Positions 27,062 to 41,938 of a DNA stretch of 64,000 nucleotides are shown here, piece by piece. The notes below the pieces were generated by a model. That model saw only the letters and a program-made list of their open reading frames with translations, was not told where the DNA came from and ran no database searches. The stretch comes from Kudoa neothunni (Eukaryota > Animalia > Cnidaria), in NCBI GenBank assembly GCA_964304625.1, contig OZ199839.1, positions 8,942,528 through 9,006,527 on the forward strand, in the 5' to 3' direction. How positions within the stretch are numbered: the stretch's first letter is position 1; every line of letters begins with the position of its first letter. Position numbers and translations under genes: made by a program.

Positions 27062-30000
27062 ATTTGTGGTAATAGAATTTCTTAATAACGAAGACAATAA
27101 AACTTAATAATAAAGATGATTATATTATTGTTTCAGCAAAATCTTCAGTATATTAAACTTATTAGACACTAATAATCAATGGCCATTCATATTTAATGAG
27201 ATTATTGTCAAAAAAATTGATTGTTTTGTTTACCTAAAAATTTTTGATTTTAAATATTAATTGATACATATAATTTTCTTATTACTTGAAATAATTTTTA
27301 ATATATTGTATGAAAAATTATTACGCGATAATCATCCAGTAGAAAACGAAGTGGAATTAAGATGGATTATTAAGCTGACCAAAATCATTATTATTTAATA
27401 AGAATTAATATTCCTGTAGATTTTAGGAGAAACAACAAATTTCGTCAACATTTAACTAGAATTGTATTATAACCTTCTCTTGTGTGAATTTTTTTAAAGA
27501 TTAACTTCTAACCTATATCCTTTTCCGATAAATTAGTGCTGTTATTCTTCCTTGACTAAGATAATTTTTCATTTTTACTTAATTCCGTTCAAACAAATTA
27601 AGTTATCTCGATTATAGCTGCATAAATGATCTCATTTACAAATTAATAATTATATGAGTGGATCAATTTGAAAAAATCAACCTGAAAGACACAGAATACA
27701 TTTTTTAATATAATTATAATATTCGGTTGGATAAACAATATAAGCGGTATTTTGTATCTTTACATTTTTATCAGTATTTATTGGAATATTTATCTTTGGG
27801 GTTACTTCTCACACCATTAATAGGCAGTATACTAATCAATATTAAACAAAGCTAATATGGTATTATTTATCCGTTAATTCCGAATATTATGTACAATTTT
27901 CATTTTCAATAATGGATCATTTTTTAATTGAAATAATTAATATATACAAAGTATTATATCGAAAAGTAGGATAAAAACGATAAATTTAATTTTATATTCT
28001 CATTATCAACAAAAAATAAATTTCTTCTTTAGAGATGTCGATGAAAAGAATTCTGACTGTTTTTATCAGAATAATTATTTAAGATAGGTCCGGACTTCAC
28101 AATCTTTGGTTACGTTGAATATACGCGGAAAGTATTCGGCGCATATATTGAATTATAATAAATATTACGAAATGAATTACTAAGGAATATGACACATTAA
28201 CTGTTTTAGGTGTATAATATTATTTTTAATTATATAATAGTTTTTGAATGTATTCCATACGTTTGAAACCTATTATTATGTAAGTACATAATTAATTAAT
28301 TGTTTTTTCCGCATTGTGAACGTTAATAATCCTTTTAGTTAAAAATTTTCGTAGGAATATTTTATATTGCATTATCAATTGGTTTTTTCGTATTAAAACA
28401 GATTTCATTATAAAGAAATATAGATTAAATAAACTTATGCTGTTCAATTTTGGTTATCTTATGTTTTAGATTATTAATAACTATAATGTTTATTTATCAT
28501 CTCCATTAAAAAATGAAGAATTATTAAAAATTTATTTTTTCTTCATTAATTTAAAACTTTGATAATTTTAATCATAACGCCATGAAACATTAATTTTTTT
28601 TACGCATAAAGTATAATAAAAGGTTTACTCTTCAATAATAACATTGATAATATATTTAAAAATTTTTATATTGTGATTATCTATTAAACTTTTAATACTT
28701 GCCTATTGAATAAGTTATTAATAATAATATTTATTATTTTTGGCAAAAGGTTGTAAAATATAGGCAATTTTTGAAGAAAATTCTCAATTTAATGTATTAC
28801 TGAATTATATTTAGAACATATCTTTTAATTATTTTTAAATTAATCTATTGGTTGGTAATATGCTTTCATATCCCTACTTTATAAATATATTATACTAACC
28901 CTCTAACAAACGAAAAAACAATCACCCTCTAACGAGTTTGGGGGTAAAAAAGACCCCAGAATTTTTTTCTTTTAATGCATTCAAAATACAATTTTTAGTG
29001 TAGAAATCCAAGTTTTACACCGTTTTGTAACGCCTAATCCAGTATTATGGACTTAGATAGTAAACAGTCCGGTATTATCATTATGAACTCACGTAGATGT
29101 GTTGGCTTTAATATGACAAAGACAATATTTTCGTATATATTTAAATTGTTGTCTTAATAAACAATAAAAAACTTGATCCCTAATTTATTAAATGATAAAA
29201 TTAGAATTTTGGTTTGAAAAATAATATTCGTGTGTTTATTTCTAATGCAATTTAATAGAACAACCTCCTTTAATCGTTTATTTTTATATGCCGATTTTGA
29301 ATAGTTTAAATCAATTGAATATTAATGGAATTAAAATAAATTTTGATATACGATGATTCATCGAATTTTTAATATTCGGCGATTTATAGAAATTATGCGA
29401 TTTTATCTAATTTAAAATATTATCTGAAAAAACATAAAGATATTTAATTTAACAAAATTTGGTTTATCTACAAATTTTCAAAACTATTTACACTTATTAC
29501 GACATAAAATAATAAAAATTCTAAATAGAAGTTCTACCTCGTGTCGTTTAAAATAATTATTCTATGTATTCTAAGCAGTATTTCCATTTAAAATTAGGCG
29601 TGTCTGATGTAAATACGTGAAGAGTATACACGTTATCTATAAAAATTATATAAGAGCTAACGACATTGAATTATTTCGTTTCGTTTGAGTTCTAAATGAA
29701 TCGACTAATCACAGTTTAAATTAGGTGGTGTTACTAAACATAATAGAGTCAATGCACATGTAAACTAATCTTTTTTTAATATTATGAAACGAAATATTAT
29801 TTTATTATTGTTAGATTAGAAAAAAAAAATATATATATATATATATGGATTTTGTTATAATCTTTCAATTTATTTAATTGTTGCGATAGAATTCCATTTG
29901 TAAACATTAGAAAATTCATAACAACGGATATTGAAATAATTTTTCACAAAGTATTCATTGAATAAACAAACTTGCTGGCATTTGTCATTTTTATTATCGT

Positions 30001-31222
30001 GATTTCACACATGTTTAAACTGTGGTGTATAGCTGAAACGAGATAAGAAATTTTTGCCGAAATATATTATCTACGTTATTGATTATTTATAGATTATAAG
30101 ATTAAATCGAAAAATGACGTTACACAATTCTATATTAATTTTTAAAATATTTCCCAAAATTATTATCAAATGTATTATATATAAACGAATTAATAAGCCA
30201 CTTATTTTACAGTAATGAAATGGGTATAACATTAGTTATTAGTTGAGAAATAACAAGGATATATTTGAACGATGTGGAGCTTTAATATCCAAATCGTCTT
30301 ATTTCATAAATTTTAATTTCCAATGAATTAATTTATTTTTAGACTATTTGTATTCTATTTATTAAAAACATAAATGAGTTAACTTGAAAAGTAATTTATT
30401 AAAAAATCAATAATAATAATTTATATTTTTACATCGCCTAAACAATAAGCTTATTCTTATCAGCGGGCATAATTATAATCTATTTAACTAAATTATCCTA
30501 TTAGAATTAAGATTTGGCTCACTATGATGAAGGTAATATATTTTCATTCCATTAAAAAATCTATCGCCATTTTTCCATAAAACTAGACTACCATAGTAGT
30601 ACTATTTGGCGTTTTCATTATTATTATTGGCGAAACTCTCTACTGCCTATCGATGTTTAGTCAGAATTTTTTGGTCAGAAAACAAAATAATATGATAACG
30701 TCGCTAGGAACTATTGCAGGATGTGTCACAACTAGCAGTCTCTCCACGTCACGCTGTAGCTATGCAGCACAGTTATTTATGCATACAAGTTTTCCTGGAA
30801 GTATTTTATATTTATAAATACATTATGTTTTAGAATTATAAAACATCTGTAATCAGTTTATATCTAATTTTTGGGCCATAAAATGTTAAATAAAACGCAA
30901 ATATATTTCAATTATTTTTAATGATTAGTAAAGCTACATTATCGCATATTTAGTTGTTCTTTGATTAATTCAAATAATAACTATTTATCATTTCTATTGA
31001 ATTCATTCACATTTATATCTTTGACTGTCAACAGTCATATGATACCAATTAATTTATCATAAATTTATGTCTTTTTATTTTTTGACCGGCAACCTTCTTA
31101 TATTATAATTGAAATTTATCAAATATTGGATGAATATTTGATATACTTAATAGGCGACATTGGCGTACCGTTTCATTCCACAATACGTATATTTCGTTGA
31201 CTTGACTTAATTTTATTAGCAT

Positions 31223-31909
31223 TTAGGTCATCGTGTGGGTACGTTGAATCTTTTTCTTGTTAATATTTTTGTCTTTTCTTTAATAGTACACAGCAGCGGA
31301 AATATGATTGTGGTCGAATTTCCCCCCAGATTACGTAATTTTTAATCTCGGTTGAATCGATTATAATTTCAAGTTAGTAACTAAGAGCACGAAGATAAAT
31401 AAAATAGTTCACATTCTCGGAATATGTTCAGTTCAATTTACGATAGTTTCCCTTGTTCTAATTTTTGTGAAAATCTTCCTTTCTGATAAAATAGAACGTT
31501 TACCATCCTTCGGCATGATTTTTTCATGTAAATAGATCTTATTATCCCCCAATAATGATTTCTAATGACTTTTAATGATTTATAGGGATGTTGGAAGTGG
31601 CTGCTGCTTCATATCTAACTTACGAAATGTCTTCCACTTATGTTAAAAACGAAACACTTAAATTTGGTGTTTCATTTTACCTTATGTGGGGAGGAATTGG
31701 GACTAAACTGATTGGAACGCTTATGAGTTTTGCGTAGCTGGTGGTCACCCCTTCATTAATCTCCGTAATAATATACCTGTTCAAAAGAAATTATTGATTG
31801 TCTGCTTTATTTTATTGTATTACATATCTATTAAATTGTTGAATGGTCTCCCACTGCTCAACATATCTTATCAGTCGTTATACTCATTTATCAATTCTCT
31901 AGTATTCAT
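31223..31909 (-). CDS. Candidate small multi-exon orphan gene (or pseudogene)
   Basis: ATG 31909; four short GT-AG introns splice in frame to MNTRELINDGRPFNNLIDMYIITEINEGVTTSYAKLISVPISLVPIPPHISGRHFKSLLGDNKIYLHEKIMPKDGKRSILSERKIFTKIRTRETI. The last exon gives LLT* or, with a 1-nt shift, LEIIID...RTHTMT*. No family recognised. Confidence 0.4.
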
Positions 31910-32668
31910 TGCGTCACAATATAATCAAAAATAATAAATTCTTTTCTTTGTTTAACAAAGCTGTTATATTGTTTATATTCTTTGACGAAATTATGTTATC
32001 ATATATGGTATATCGAATATTAAAGGTAAGGTGGACGGACGTCTGCTGCCTTAATTACTGAAAACTTAAATGTCTATCATTCTTAAATAATTAAAGATTA
32101 AAATACTATAGTTAAGTTAAATTTAAGCTCATATTTGATAAAATTGACACAAATATTTGGCATTGGTAACGTATTTTCCTCGGTAAGATTATGTTAGCTT
32201 AAAATAATCTTACCGTAATGTTTATTTTTTTTAATAGATTCAATAAAATTTCAAATTCCCACTGGTATTTATGCTTTTTCCATGATTGCTATAGTGTTAC
32301 GAACTGTTAGAAAATAAATTAAAAAGATTATAGTTTAACAAAATTATAATTACTAGATATATATTTATTATACGTAGAATAATTTAAATTTAAAATAATC
32401 TTATATTACTGTCCAACAGGTGTCCTACGCAATCATCACTTTTTTTACACTAAACTAGATTTGAATTGTCTAATTCTTAATTATAGTAAAGAAAATACTC
32501 TTAGCTATGAGATAAACAAAAAATTATTGATCACCGTAAAAAATAGATCAAAAACATGGCTTGTATGTAATGCAGCGATTCTACCTAATGAGACTCCATT
32601 CCCCGACTCATTACGTACGAACCCTGTTGGACTGTCTTGTAACATTCTTAAAAAAAATTATTTATAAC

Positions 32669-33214
32669 TAGGGATCGTAGTTTTTGTTTAAAATCGAACA
32701 AAATAGATTTTAATCGCCGGAATTTTTTAAAAAATTCGATGTATATTTTCAGGGAATATTCTAAATCTTCCGATCAACTTGAAATGAATAGTAACCGAAA
32801 AGAAATTGATAATTTTAGTGTTGAATCGATCAATATAGACAAGATGGAAAATGAATTAGCATGTTTATATTGCAAAGTGAAATTATTTCTACAACAACAT
32901 AGAATTTACACGCAAATAATGTCAAAGGAACCTACTTCGTTAAACAACGTTGGAAGACACTTCTCTACCAGTCATTTTTGTAAAGATAGAAAAAATAACA
33001 AAATTGAGAAAAATTTGGTTTCTTTTATTGTTCTCGACGTTCTTCCGCTATCGCCATTTGATAAGCAAAGTTTTTAATGAGGAGCTTTTTCCAAATTTTT
33101 TCAAATTTAATATGTTTTAACAGTTATGCATGTGAGCGGCTGACTCAACCAAAGTAAACGTCGATTTTTGTTGTCGAATTTTCTAAACATAGGCGTCGAA
33201 AACTACGATCCCTA
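32669..33214 (+). mobile_element. Internally deleted hAT transposon with BED zinc-finger remnant
   Basis: Perfect 16-bp TIR TAGGGATCGTAGTTTT / AAAACTACGATCCCTA; perfect 8-bp TSD TTTATAAC (32661-32668, 33215-33222); ORF 32739-33077 with ACLYCKVKL...NVGRHFSTSH and DVLPLS. Confidence 0.92.
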
Positions 33215-35115
33215 TTTATAACTCTACCGAAATATTTCATAGTTTTATTCATTTCTTATTGTTAAGTGAAGCGACATCAAATATAATCCATACTAATTCA
33301 TATCCTGGCGATTAACTGTTCAAACTTAAACGCATTAAATGTGTACGAAAATTAAAATTTTACCGAATTTATTAGTCACTAATTAAATACAATAAAACTG
33401 TAATATGAATACATATAAGAAATTAAAAATATTAACCTACAGTTTCTAAATATCTGTCTATAAAAATAAATGCCCAAAAAACATTCTTAGGGGTCTCAAA
33501 CTAACAGTATTGTTGAATTAATAACGAATTTACCTATACTGTTAATTTGAGGTGTGATATAACTTAACCGGAGTATTTTGTGTAATTATTTGACTATTTG
33601 GTGGGTCTTAATTCAAATGTCATTTTATATGGATTTTTATTTAGGATAGCCGTCCATTTATTAACTATATCGAATTATACTTACAGTTATTCAGTTTGTT
33701 TGAATTAATAATAAGTTTGGACTAAAAATAATTTAGAAATATGCATATAAATTATATTTTTAGATAGAGAATCATCTTTATATTTTATTATAATATAAAG
33801 TTTCAAAAGTTGTTTATTTAACAACAAAAATTTCATTAACAGTTTTAATTCACCATATAACCAACCTAATCATTATTTTCTGCTCACAATGCAATGATCA
33901 GTAATTGTGTAAATGCCCGTAATAATTTTTTTAATTTTATAAAACAAATATTCTGTAATAAATATAATTTAAATAATGCCATCTTCGTTTAAGGAGAGGG
34001 TTCCAAACCTGTAATGCGTCATTTATCTCTCTATGCTCAATTCAGAATTATCATAAAACTTTAGTTCTATAATAAGATGATAAGATGCATGGATAATATG
34101 TATTGATTTTAGATGCTCTTTAGTATTATAGATTTAATTGAACCACTTCCAAGGATTTTTTAGTAGATCGCACATAAGGGCTTCTTCAATCTTTTCATAC
34201 TAATGGAGACAAATACATACTTTATACAAGAATCCAGATACTTGCGCTTCCTTGATATAAGAAAATCTGAGGAAAAGATAGTTGGCATCGATCATGTTAT
34301 TTTATTTCTTATCATTTGGAGCAAACAGACATGCATTTAAAAACGAGTTATTAAATAACGACGGACTCGGTAAAATGAGGTTTTTTGTAGGGAACCAATC
34401 GTACTTGACATAAGATTTCTATACTGAATTATAAATTTCAATAATTTCTTACGTTTTGGGAGCCCATGCTGAATGTTATTATATTCTCCTCAACTCTCAG
34501 CATGCTCCCGCATATAACCGCCTTGTTTATTACGAATAGAAAATTATTAACGCATCTCAAACCATAAATAAATATTTTTTCAATTAGAATAAATAAATTT
34601 TCTCCCAAATATTTATGTTATATATTCTTATAATTATTTTTTTCAATTAAGAATAATGAAGACACTAATACAAACTCATATAAGGTTTAATAATATTAGA
34701 TTCGAAGAAAGTTGGCAATAATCCATACATTTCCGTTTTATATAGCACATGGTTGATTATACATGAGCTCAATTAATAAGACGAATATAAATTTATGTAT
34801 TTGTTGGATTGGAGATTCACTATATAATATGTGAACATATTCTCTCATGTTGGTTGCGACTCAAACTATTCACACCGAGTGCAAAGGAATGCGTTAATGG
34901 CGTATCTTATTGATAAAATAATTGTTTTCTTTTAGATATTTAAATATGATATTAAATATCTGATGATAATTCCACAAAATATGCTTTTTGGTTAAATTCT
35001 CTGAATTATCATTCTCCAAAATTGGTAAAAATTTCTCCCCATAGAATTAATGAGTACGATGGTAATAGAAGAGGTAGTTGCGCATAATAAACAAACCTCA
35101 TTTTTTTAAATTAAT

Positions 35116-38100
35116 TTAAAGATGAAAAATTAATAAATATGAGTAAATTATATGGGTTGTGTTATGTTGAAATAGAGGAGATAACCTTACAGATGCTTGA
35201 GTACAGAACTTCGAACATACCTTCTGTCATCGAAGATAACATACCCTGCACCAGGGAAAAAGAATTTGACTTTCACGAACAAATAGATCATGACGGTAAC
35301 CACAAGACATATCGACGCGGCAGCATAACCCCATAACAATTTTTCTACGAATTTCGACTCTATTTAATTTGATTTTAGTATTGACCAAACGTTAAAGTCT
35401 ATCCAACTACTAAATTGAAGGTATTTTCTTATTCTAATGAAAGAATGAGTTCCATTGTTGAATACATTGTATTCGAGCGGCTTCTGATGCGATACCATGA
35501 CACAAACTAAAACATCTTCGAACTTGACGTTTGAAGGTAGACGGTCCCTTTTAGAAATTAAGTAAACATGACTGCACAAGTGACTCAAAGATGGGTCTAA
35601 TTTATTTCCAGCCGTACGACGTTCTATAATCCTTCGAAGACATTCCTCATAAGTATCACAGGATAGATTGGGTGACTTGAAACATTTAGCGTGTGGCAAA
35701 CATTAATCTTAGTTATATTTACTTGAATGTCACAATTTGATCCCTCAAATCCAAATTCGCATTGTCTCATGCCACCAGTACATCTGCTGTATTTATCACC
35801 CGTCTAAAAAGTTTTAATTGGATGGGTTTAGTGGTTTAGATTGGTATCAAATCAACAGTAACGACTTACTTTTATACCAACGTTACTGGGATCACACTGA
35901 AGCTTGTCACACAATGTCTTTTTTAGAAATCCATTACTATGACAATCCTTGAAACCACATCGAGTTTCGTGTGAGAGTCCTTTATGGTGGCAACAACCGT
36001 ATTTGTTGGGTGAACAGCAAGACGCCTTTTCGCAGTCTGGGATAATATTAAGGTTTAAGGGAGACAGTTGATTAATTCCAGTGGATTCACCAATAGTGGA
36101 ACAATTGTCTCTCGATCTAATTAATTTATTGACATTATGCAAAAAACCAGATATACCATACCGTTTATCGTAACACCTACAACCACCGCAAACATAGTCC
36201 CCTCTGAAGTGGCAACGTTCACTATTGTACTCCTAAATTAATTTTAATTTATAGCAACTAAAATAATAATTTATTTTTAAATTTCAAACAAAAAACATCC
36301 AACAATAGTATTGAATATTTTTTATGTAATAATTTCGAGTTACAAAAGATTCATGTGTAGTATTTTCGCACTCACAACGACAGAGGTTTGTGTGCACATT
36401 TACAAAGACATTTTCTTTCCCGAAAATAATAAATTCGTACCTATATTACAGGGACTTGTATTAAAATCTATCTTTATAATGATACCTCGTAGGTAAATTT
36501 CGTGGAAGGCATTTCTTTACATTAATAGACACAAAATTAAAGTTTCCACTATCAATAGAACAAATAAAGATGCCGATATCATGACTTAACAATTTTAGAC
36601 ATTAATAATATAAAAACAAAATCACTTGCAATCTCCAATAATAAGCCATGTGATGTATTGATCAGAGACTGGAAATGCCATGTAATAGAATTTTTTGTCT
36701 CTCTATTAAGGATTCAGTAATTTTAAGACGCTAATCTCTCAAACCAAAATCATAGCATTTAGGTTTTCCATGAATGTGGCCTCATCATAATAATACTTTA
36801 CATGTCCAGGTATAACGTAATTACTATTTTTAGTATAGTTCTTAATACAAATCACTAAAATTTATAGTCATATATTGGAGATACCTTAAAGAAAAGTTCC
36901 ACTCCTTTCGAGCTAGTGAAGATATTCAGACTTATTTTATTGTTGAGAAGAAACTTTGAAAATTTTTTCAGGTTGATGTGGCGCTAAAAATATCAATTAT
37001 TGAAACCTCTACCATCGATTTGGAATATCATTTTTACGATATTGCTTAGATACTGTGAGTTAGCTAATTGGCATTTATAGAAACATTTTCTGTTTGATAT
37101 AGGCAACTTTGTAAGTATAAATATTGGTTAAACCGAATGGGAAAAATATACCATAGTAGGCCCCATCTTAATTGGAGGGTTCGAGTCAGTAATAACATAA
37201 ATATATCTATCACTATTCGGTTCTTTCGGCCAACCAATCTATAATATATTTAACTTTTCGTCTAAAAATATAGTAAATTTATTTCACTTCGTTACATACG
37301 GACACTTGTAGGATTATTTCAAATAAGGGGTGTATTTTATGCATTGGTGGATGAGAAGAGGTGATATTATACAGACACTTTTTCTGGATTTATAACGTCA
37401 GCAACATATTTTTATTATTGTATTTTATGTACAAGGAGATTAACATTTTTCGTGAAAGACTGTAGATGCTGATAAACAGAATTCTTTTCTCTTATATAGA
37501 ACAACGCCGATCAATCCAACAAAAGAAGAAATAGGAAGGTACTTTGGATCGAAATGAATTATGCCAATGGCAACGTTTGATAAATGTCCTTTATTGATCA
37601 TTTGTTCAACTGCACAATACAAAATAGCGATAAAATCCATCCAATCGGCAAATTACTGAAATTCACGAGACTTTTTTTGATATACCTCACTTTATTTGGC
37701 TCCAAAAAATTTATATTTATCAAAAAATAAACGTCAATCTTTTTTTCAAGTTTTCCTACCTCGAAATAAAAATAAAAATCTAAAAACCTCAAAAGTATTA
37801 TCAATCAAATTATTTGATCAAAAGTTACCCATATCCTTCCCCAAATTCGTTATTTCACTTAACCCGGTCATATTTATATGTTTATTCAAATTTGGTTTTA
37901 TAGTTGTGCGATTCTAGAAACAAATTAAAATTTTTACGAATAGACAAGATCATTGATTGATTACTCCATAGTAGTTGAGGGGAATGATGCAAGTTTCTCT
38001 AGAGCCACAACGTTTCTCATTGGCAAGCCACTAATGTTTATTACAGAATGAATTATCTTATGCCAGTTACTCCATCCAGACACCATGTCGAATTTCTTTC

Positions 38101-38236
38101 CATTAGACAATCAATACATTCTTTGGAAAAATCAGACCCAATCATAGGAGCTTTATCATCAAAAAATAAGTCAACCGTTTTCGAACAAACAATGTATACT
38201 GAGATAGATGGTCATGAATAATATAAACAATAACAT
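35116..38236 (-). CDS. Divergent integrin beta-like subunit, paralogue 3 (multi-exon)
   Basis: Signal MLLFILFMTIYLSIH; PSI ECIDCLMERNSTWCLDG|WLANEKRCGSRETC; betaI DVYFLININFLE; SCCSPNKYGCC...CGFKDCHSN; beta-tail CDTYEEC; TM LLWGYAAASICLVVTVMIYLFV; tail with IFDDRR (cf. IHDRR). Stop at 35187, or at 35116 if a 35-nt intron is spliced, giving LSPLFQHNTT. Confidence 0.85.
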
Positions 38237-40537
38237 TCTCTTTCAAAATTAACAAATATTTAATCGTCTACCTTTCCAACACACTTTACTAAGCTTATTA
38301 TTTCATTCACCTCGTTGTCGAAATTTAATATTTTAGTAAAAAGGGGACTTTAATTTGAGCTTATAATAATTTTTTAAACTTGAATATCTCAATATAAACA
38401 CCTTATTTTGTTATTATGCCGTTTCTAAAAAAATTTAAAAACACTCAAATCTGACAAAACTATTCTTTTTCTCATTGCTGAGGAATCAACTTAAATAATC
38501 ATTATAAAAATTCACCCTGTTAAATATCAATTATTCAAATAATTTAAGTAAAACTACTCACTAAACTAAAACATAATATAATTAATAGGATTATAAAAGG
38601 TAACTATTTTTAAATATAATTAAAGCCTATCATTAATCTAAACACGACGATAATTTTATAGTATTAAAATATTAATATGATTTAGATGTCGACATTTGAA
38701 CGATTATCTTTGATAATTAAATATATTTAAATCAAATTGTTGAATTTTGAGTGTTACTTTTATTAATCAATTACATTTTCTAAAATATCGTCAATAAAAA
38801 TTTATTCGCAATGTTAACTCTATTAAAATTTCCCCCTGATCTTAGGTAATCATTTTTATGCATTGTTACCAAAGATTGATTTTATCCAATCTCGAAAATA
38901 TTTTTCTCTGCTTATTAGTTGGAATTATTTAATGTAAAAGTTGTTGACACAACCGAAAGCATTTAAACCAATTAAAAAGATCGGTAAGGGGCGACGATTA
39001 ATCTACATAAAATTACTAATTAACATCATTTTATAAACTTTAATCTATTTTCAAGGAAATTTGTTCGTAATTTTTTTTCGAATTATTTACCCGTATTTTT
39101 ATTTTAGAGTATAAATGAGTTATTAACTCACCATTAACCTTCCAAGTGTTTGTGGAGTCTAATAGACCCCACAATTTTATTTTATTATTTTCTAAGTTTT
39201 TTTGTAATATTACCTTAAATTCGTGCATTACAATCTTTTAGAATTCCAAATTTAAATAATCCTTTTATTAATCCTATCTTGTATGGGTTAAACATGTTTT
39301 ATCGACATTCCCCAAAGCAGAAAATGGCAAACTTTCCCTATATAATTAGGAAGTTAACTTTTTTCATAATAAATACTTTTACAATAAATGAGCTGTCGTT
39401 TATAATTTTTATGTAGTTGCTTTGATAATGATATTCGGTCTGAAAAATTAAATATTAAATTTTCTTAAGTATATATAAGTACTTCGGAAGTTCAAATCAT
39501 CAAAATACAATGAATATACGATTTTTAATTGTAATCATTTATGGAAAAAATTATACAAACCCATAAAAATTTTATGGAGGGATTCCACCATTAATCAAGT
39601 ATTTTAGAGGGAGAAGCAAATAAAAGGTCATTTTTATCACATTAATATATATTTTAAAGATATAAAATTATATGTTTATTTATTGAAGAGCTTTAAACCC
39701 GGTAAAATTCCTTAAAATCATCTTATTGAAAAAATCCACGTAGATGAAATTATTTAAAAGTATTTCTTAGAAATATTAGTGTCTGGGCTTTGGAACAGCC
39801 CCAGTAATTTTTATATCATTTTTTATAAGTATTCTGTATGTGAATGGCATGATGATTAGCCTTAAAAATTGTATTTTTCATGAAAACTGTCTATTTAATA
39901 ACTTAAAAAATTTTATATAAATAATCCAAAAGTTTTATTTTTTATATAATTAATTTAGGTTTTTAAAATTAGTTCTAGATGAAATTTTTGTTGTTAAAAA
40001 ATAGCAGAAAGTACAGTCTTTATTTAATTCGTATATTTATAGTTTTTATCCCAATTATTCACTCGTAATATCAATAATCAAACTCGCTCGATAGTTTCGA
40101 CTTGACACATCCATCAAATTTAAATTAGATGTTTTCCTTCATATTTTGAATTATCTCGTAAGTATTAATAAAAATAGATAAAATAATTGCTGTTATAAAA
40201 AGTGGTTCTCATAACTAAACAGTTTTAATTAAAACTACTCAATAAATAGTTTAATTTAAGTAAAATAGATTAATTTATCACAATATTCAGAAAAAGGGAT
40301 TATCTTAAAAAAATAAAATTCGACACCAATTAATATTATAATAAGATAAAACATTTTTTTCCCGTAATAATAGGAAATGTAAATTAAGGGAATTAAAGGT
40401 TGAAGCGGAATATGCTGAAATTATACACGCACACCTGAAATAATTTATAACAAATTATCAATGGAAAACGAGAAAAAAATCAACAGCAAACACCAAAATC
40501 TAGCGAGTAATTATTTCAACATTATGGTTAGCAATTA

Positions 40538-41916
40538 TTAAGCTTCAGTAGTGGAGGGAGCAGGTGCCGGTTCTGAAGAGTCACCCTACAAAAACACTTC
40601 AATCAAAACCAACACCAAATTTTAACCTTAGGAAAGTAGGTGTCATTTTCCTCTTCTAATTTTTGAATCTTTACGTATCAATAAATTAAATTAGACCACC
40701 AAAATAAAATACATAATCCTTAATTTGATTATCATTAAGGATAGTGAATGGAGTGTCTTTTCCCACAACTGCAATAGAAACATTCTATACAATACATTAA
40801 TTGACTGTTGATATTCACAATAGCGGATATCACTTGTTCGGAAATGACAATATCTTTCTGGAGACTACTTTTGATCGCGGCCATTCCATAAAGAATCAAA
40901 CTATCGAGCGATCCTAATAGGAATCGACGAATGTTACACCTTGAAATAATAAAAAAGCAATAACTACTGTAAGCGAATTTTCCGTAGTTATCTTCAAGAT
41001 AGGTTTTGGAAGTCTATAACGTAAAAGTTGTATTGGTTCTAAATCAGAAACTAGCCTACTTGTGAGCGATTCCCAATAGCCATTGCTAAACAGTCGTATG
41101 CATTAGCAGAGGGACATATTTGAAAAATTCTAGGTCCTGTATTCTATTTTAGTTGATTAACTGAATAGAATTCTCCAGAAAACTCACATCATAACCACAC
41201 AACAACATTCCAACTCCAAATGCTCGAGAACCATATTGCATAGTAGGCTTTTGCATATCTACAGTAGAACACATCAGCAAACTTCTAACGCCACCGCAAA
41301 ATCTAGTCAAATACCATTAGTGAGACGAGTAACTAAACGTTGGCATGGATGTTTTTCTGAAAAGGCATATTCGTAGTTGATACATTTCTCAACAAGGTTT
41401 GAACTATTCTCATCATAACAGATATCAATATAACGATTCTCGACGGAATTACCACAAAACTTTAGCATCCGATATAAGTCCCGAAATACTGACCCCAATG
41501 TGATCGCTTATCTTGAAGATTTTTTCCTGGTAGGATGACAATTCACCAGACGACCTCTTTACACATTGCATTCAATCCATACTCGTTCATCCAAATAACA
41601 TTATATATTAAAAAATACCTTCAAAGCAAGTAGCACGGCATAATTATCATTTTTAGCCCCGACAGTGACACTTCCCTAATGTGTAAATAAACAGTTATAG
41701 TATTACATCAATCTAAAGCTATTATGCGTGTAAATTACATGTTTTACTGCCTCCATTGCATACTCAACTTGATGTATACGGCCCTATGCGGTAATTACCA
41801 TAAGAACAGCAGAAACTGGCTTACTTGTGGACTAAAAATTGAAACATCACCATCATATATCGATCTATACTGTAAGAGAATTATAAACGGGAAAAAATCA
41901 CACAAAGTCTTACCAT
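40538..41916 (-). CDS. PSMA1: 20S proteasome subunit alpha type-1 (alpha6)
   Basis: Splices cleanly: M|[15 protein letters not shown]|[15 protein letters not shown]|[19 protein letters not shown]|[35 protein letters not shown]...[17 protein letters not shown]|[28 protein letters not shown]|TSKTYLE...[13 protein letters not shown]...STTEA*. First coding exon is the ATG alone. Confidence 0.96.
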
Positions 41917-41927
41917 TTTGGGATGAT

Positions 41928-41938
41928 TGCGCAGTCAT
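41928..41938 (-). promoter_or_regulatory. ARE-like motif (ATGACTGCGCA) just upstream of the PSMA1 start codon
   Basis: Matches RTGAYnnnGCR; TGACGTCA (~42077) and GTCACGTG (~42130) also lie upstream. Short motifs, chance match possible. Confidence 0.35.

Noticed and set aside
28895-28965. ACCCTCTAAC duplication and GGGGTAAAAAAGACCCC hairpin
   Set aside because: Possibly a transposon end, but no matching partner end; not telomeric or CRISPR-like.
39040-39900. Minus-strand ORF fragment 39040-39228 and neighbouring coding-like sequence
   Set aside because: No recognisable motif or consistent splice model; probably a decayed repeat.
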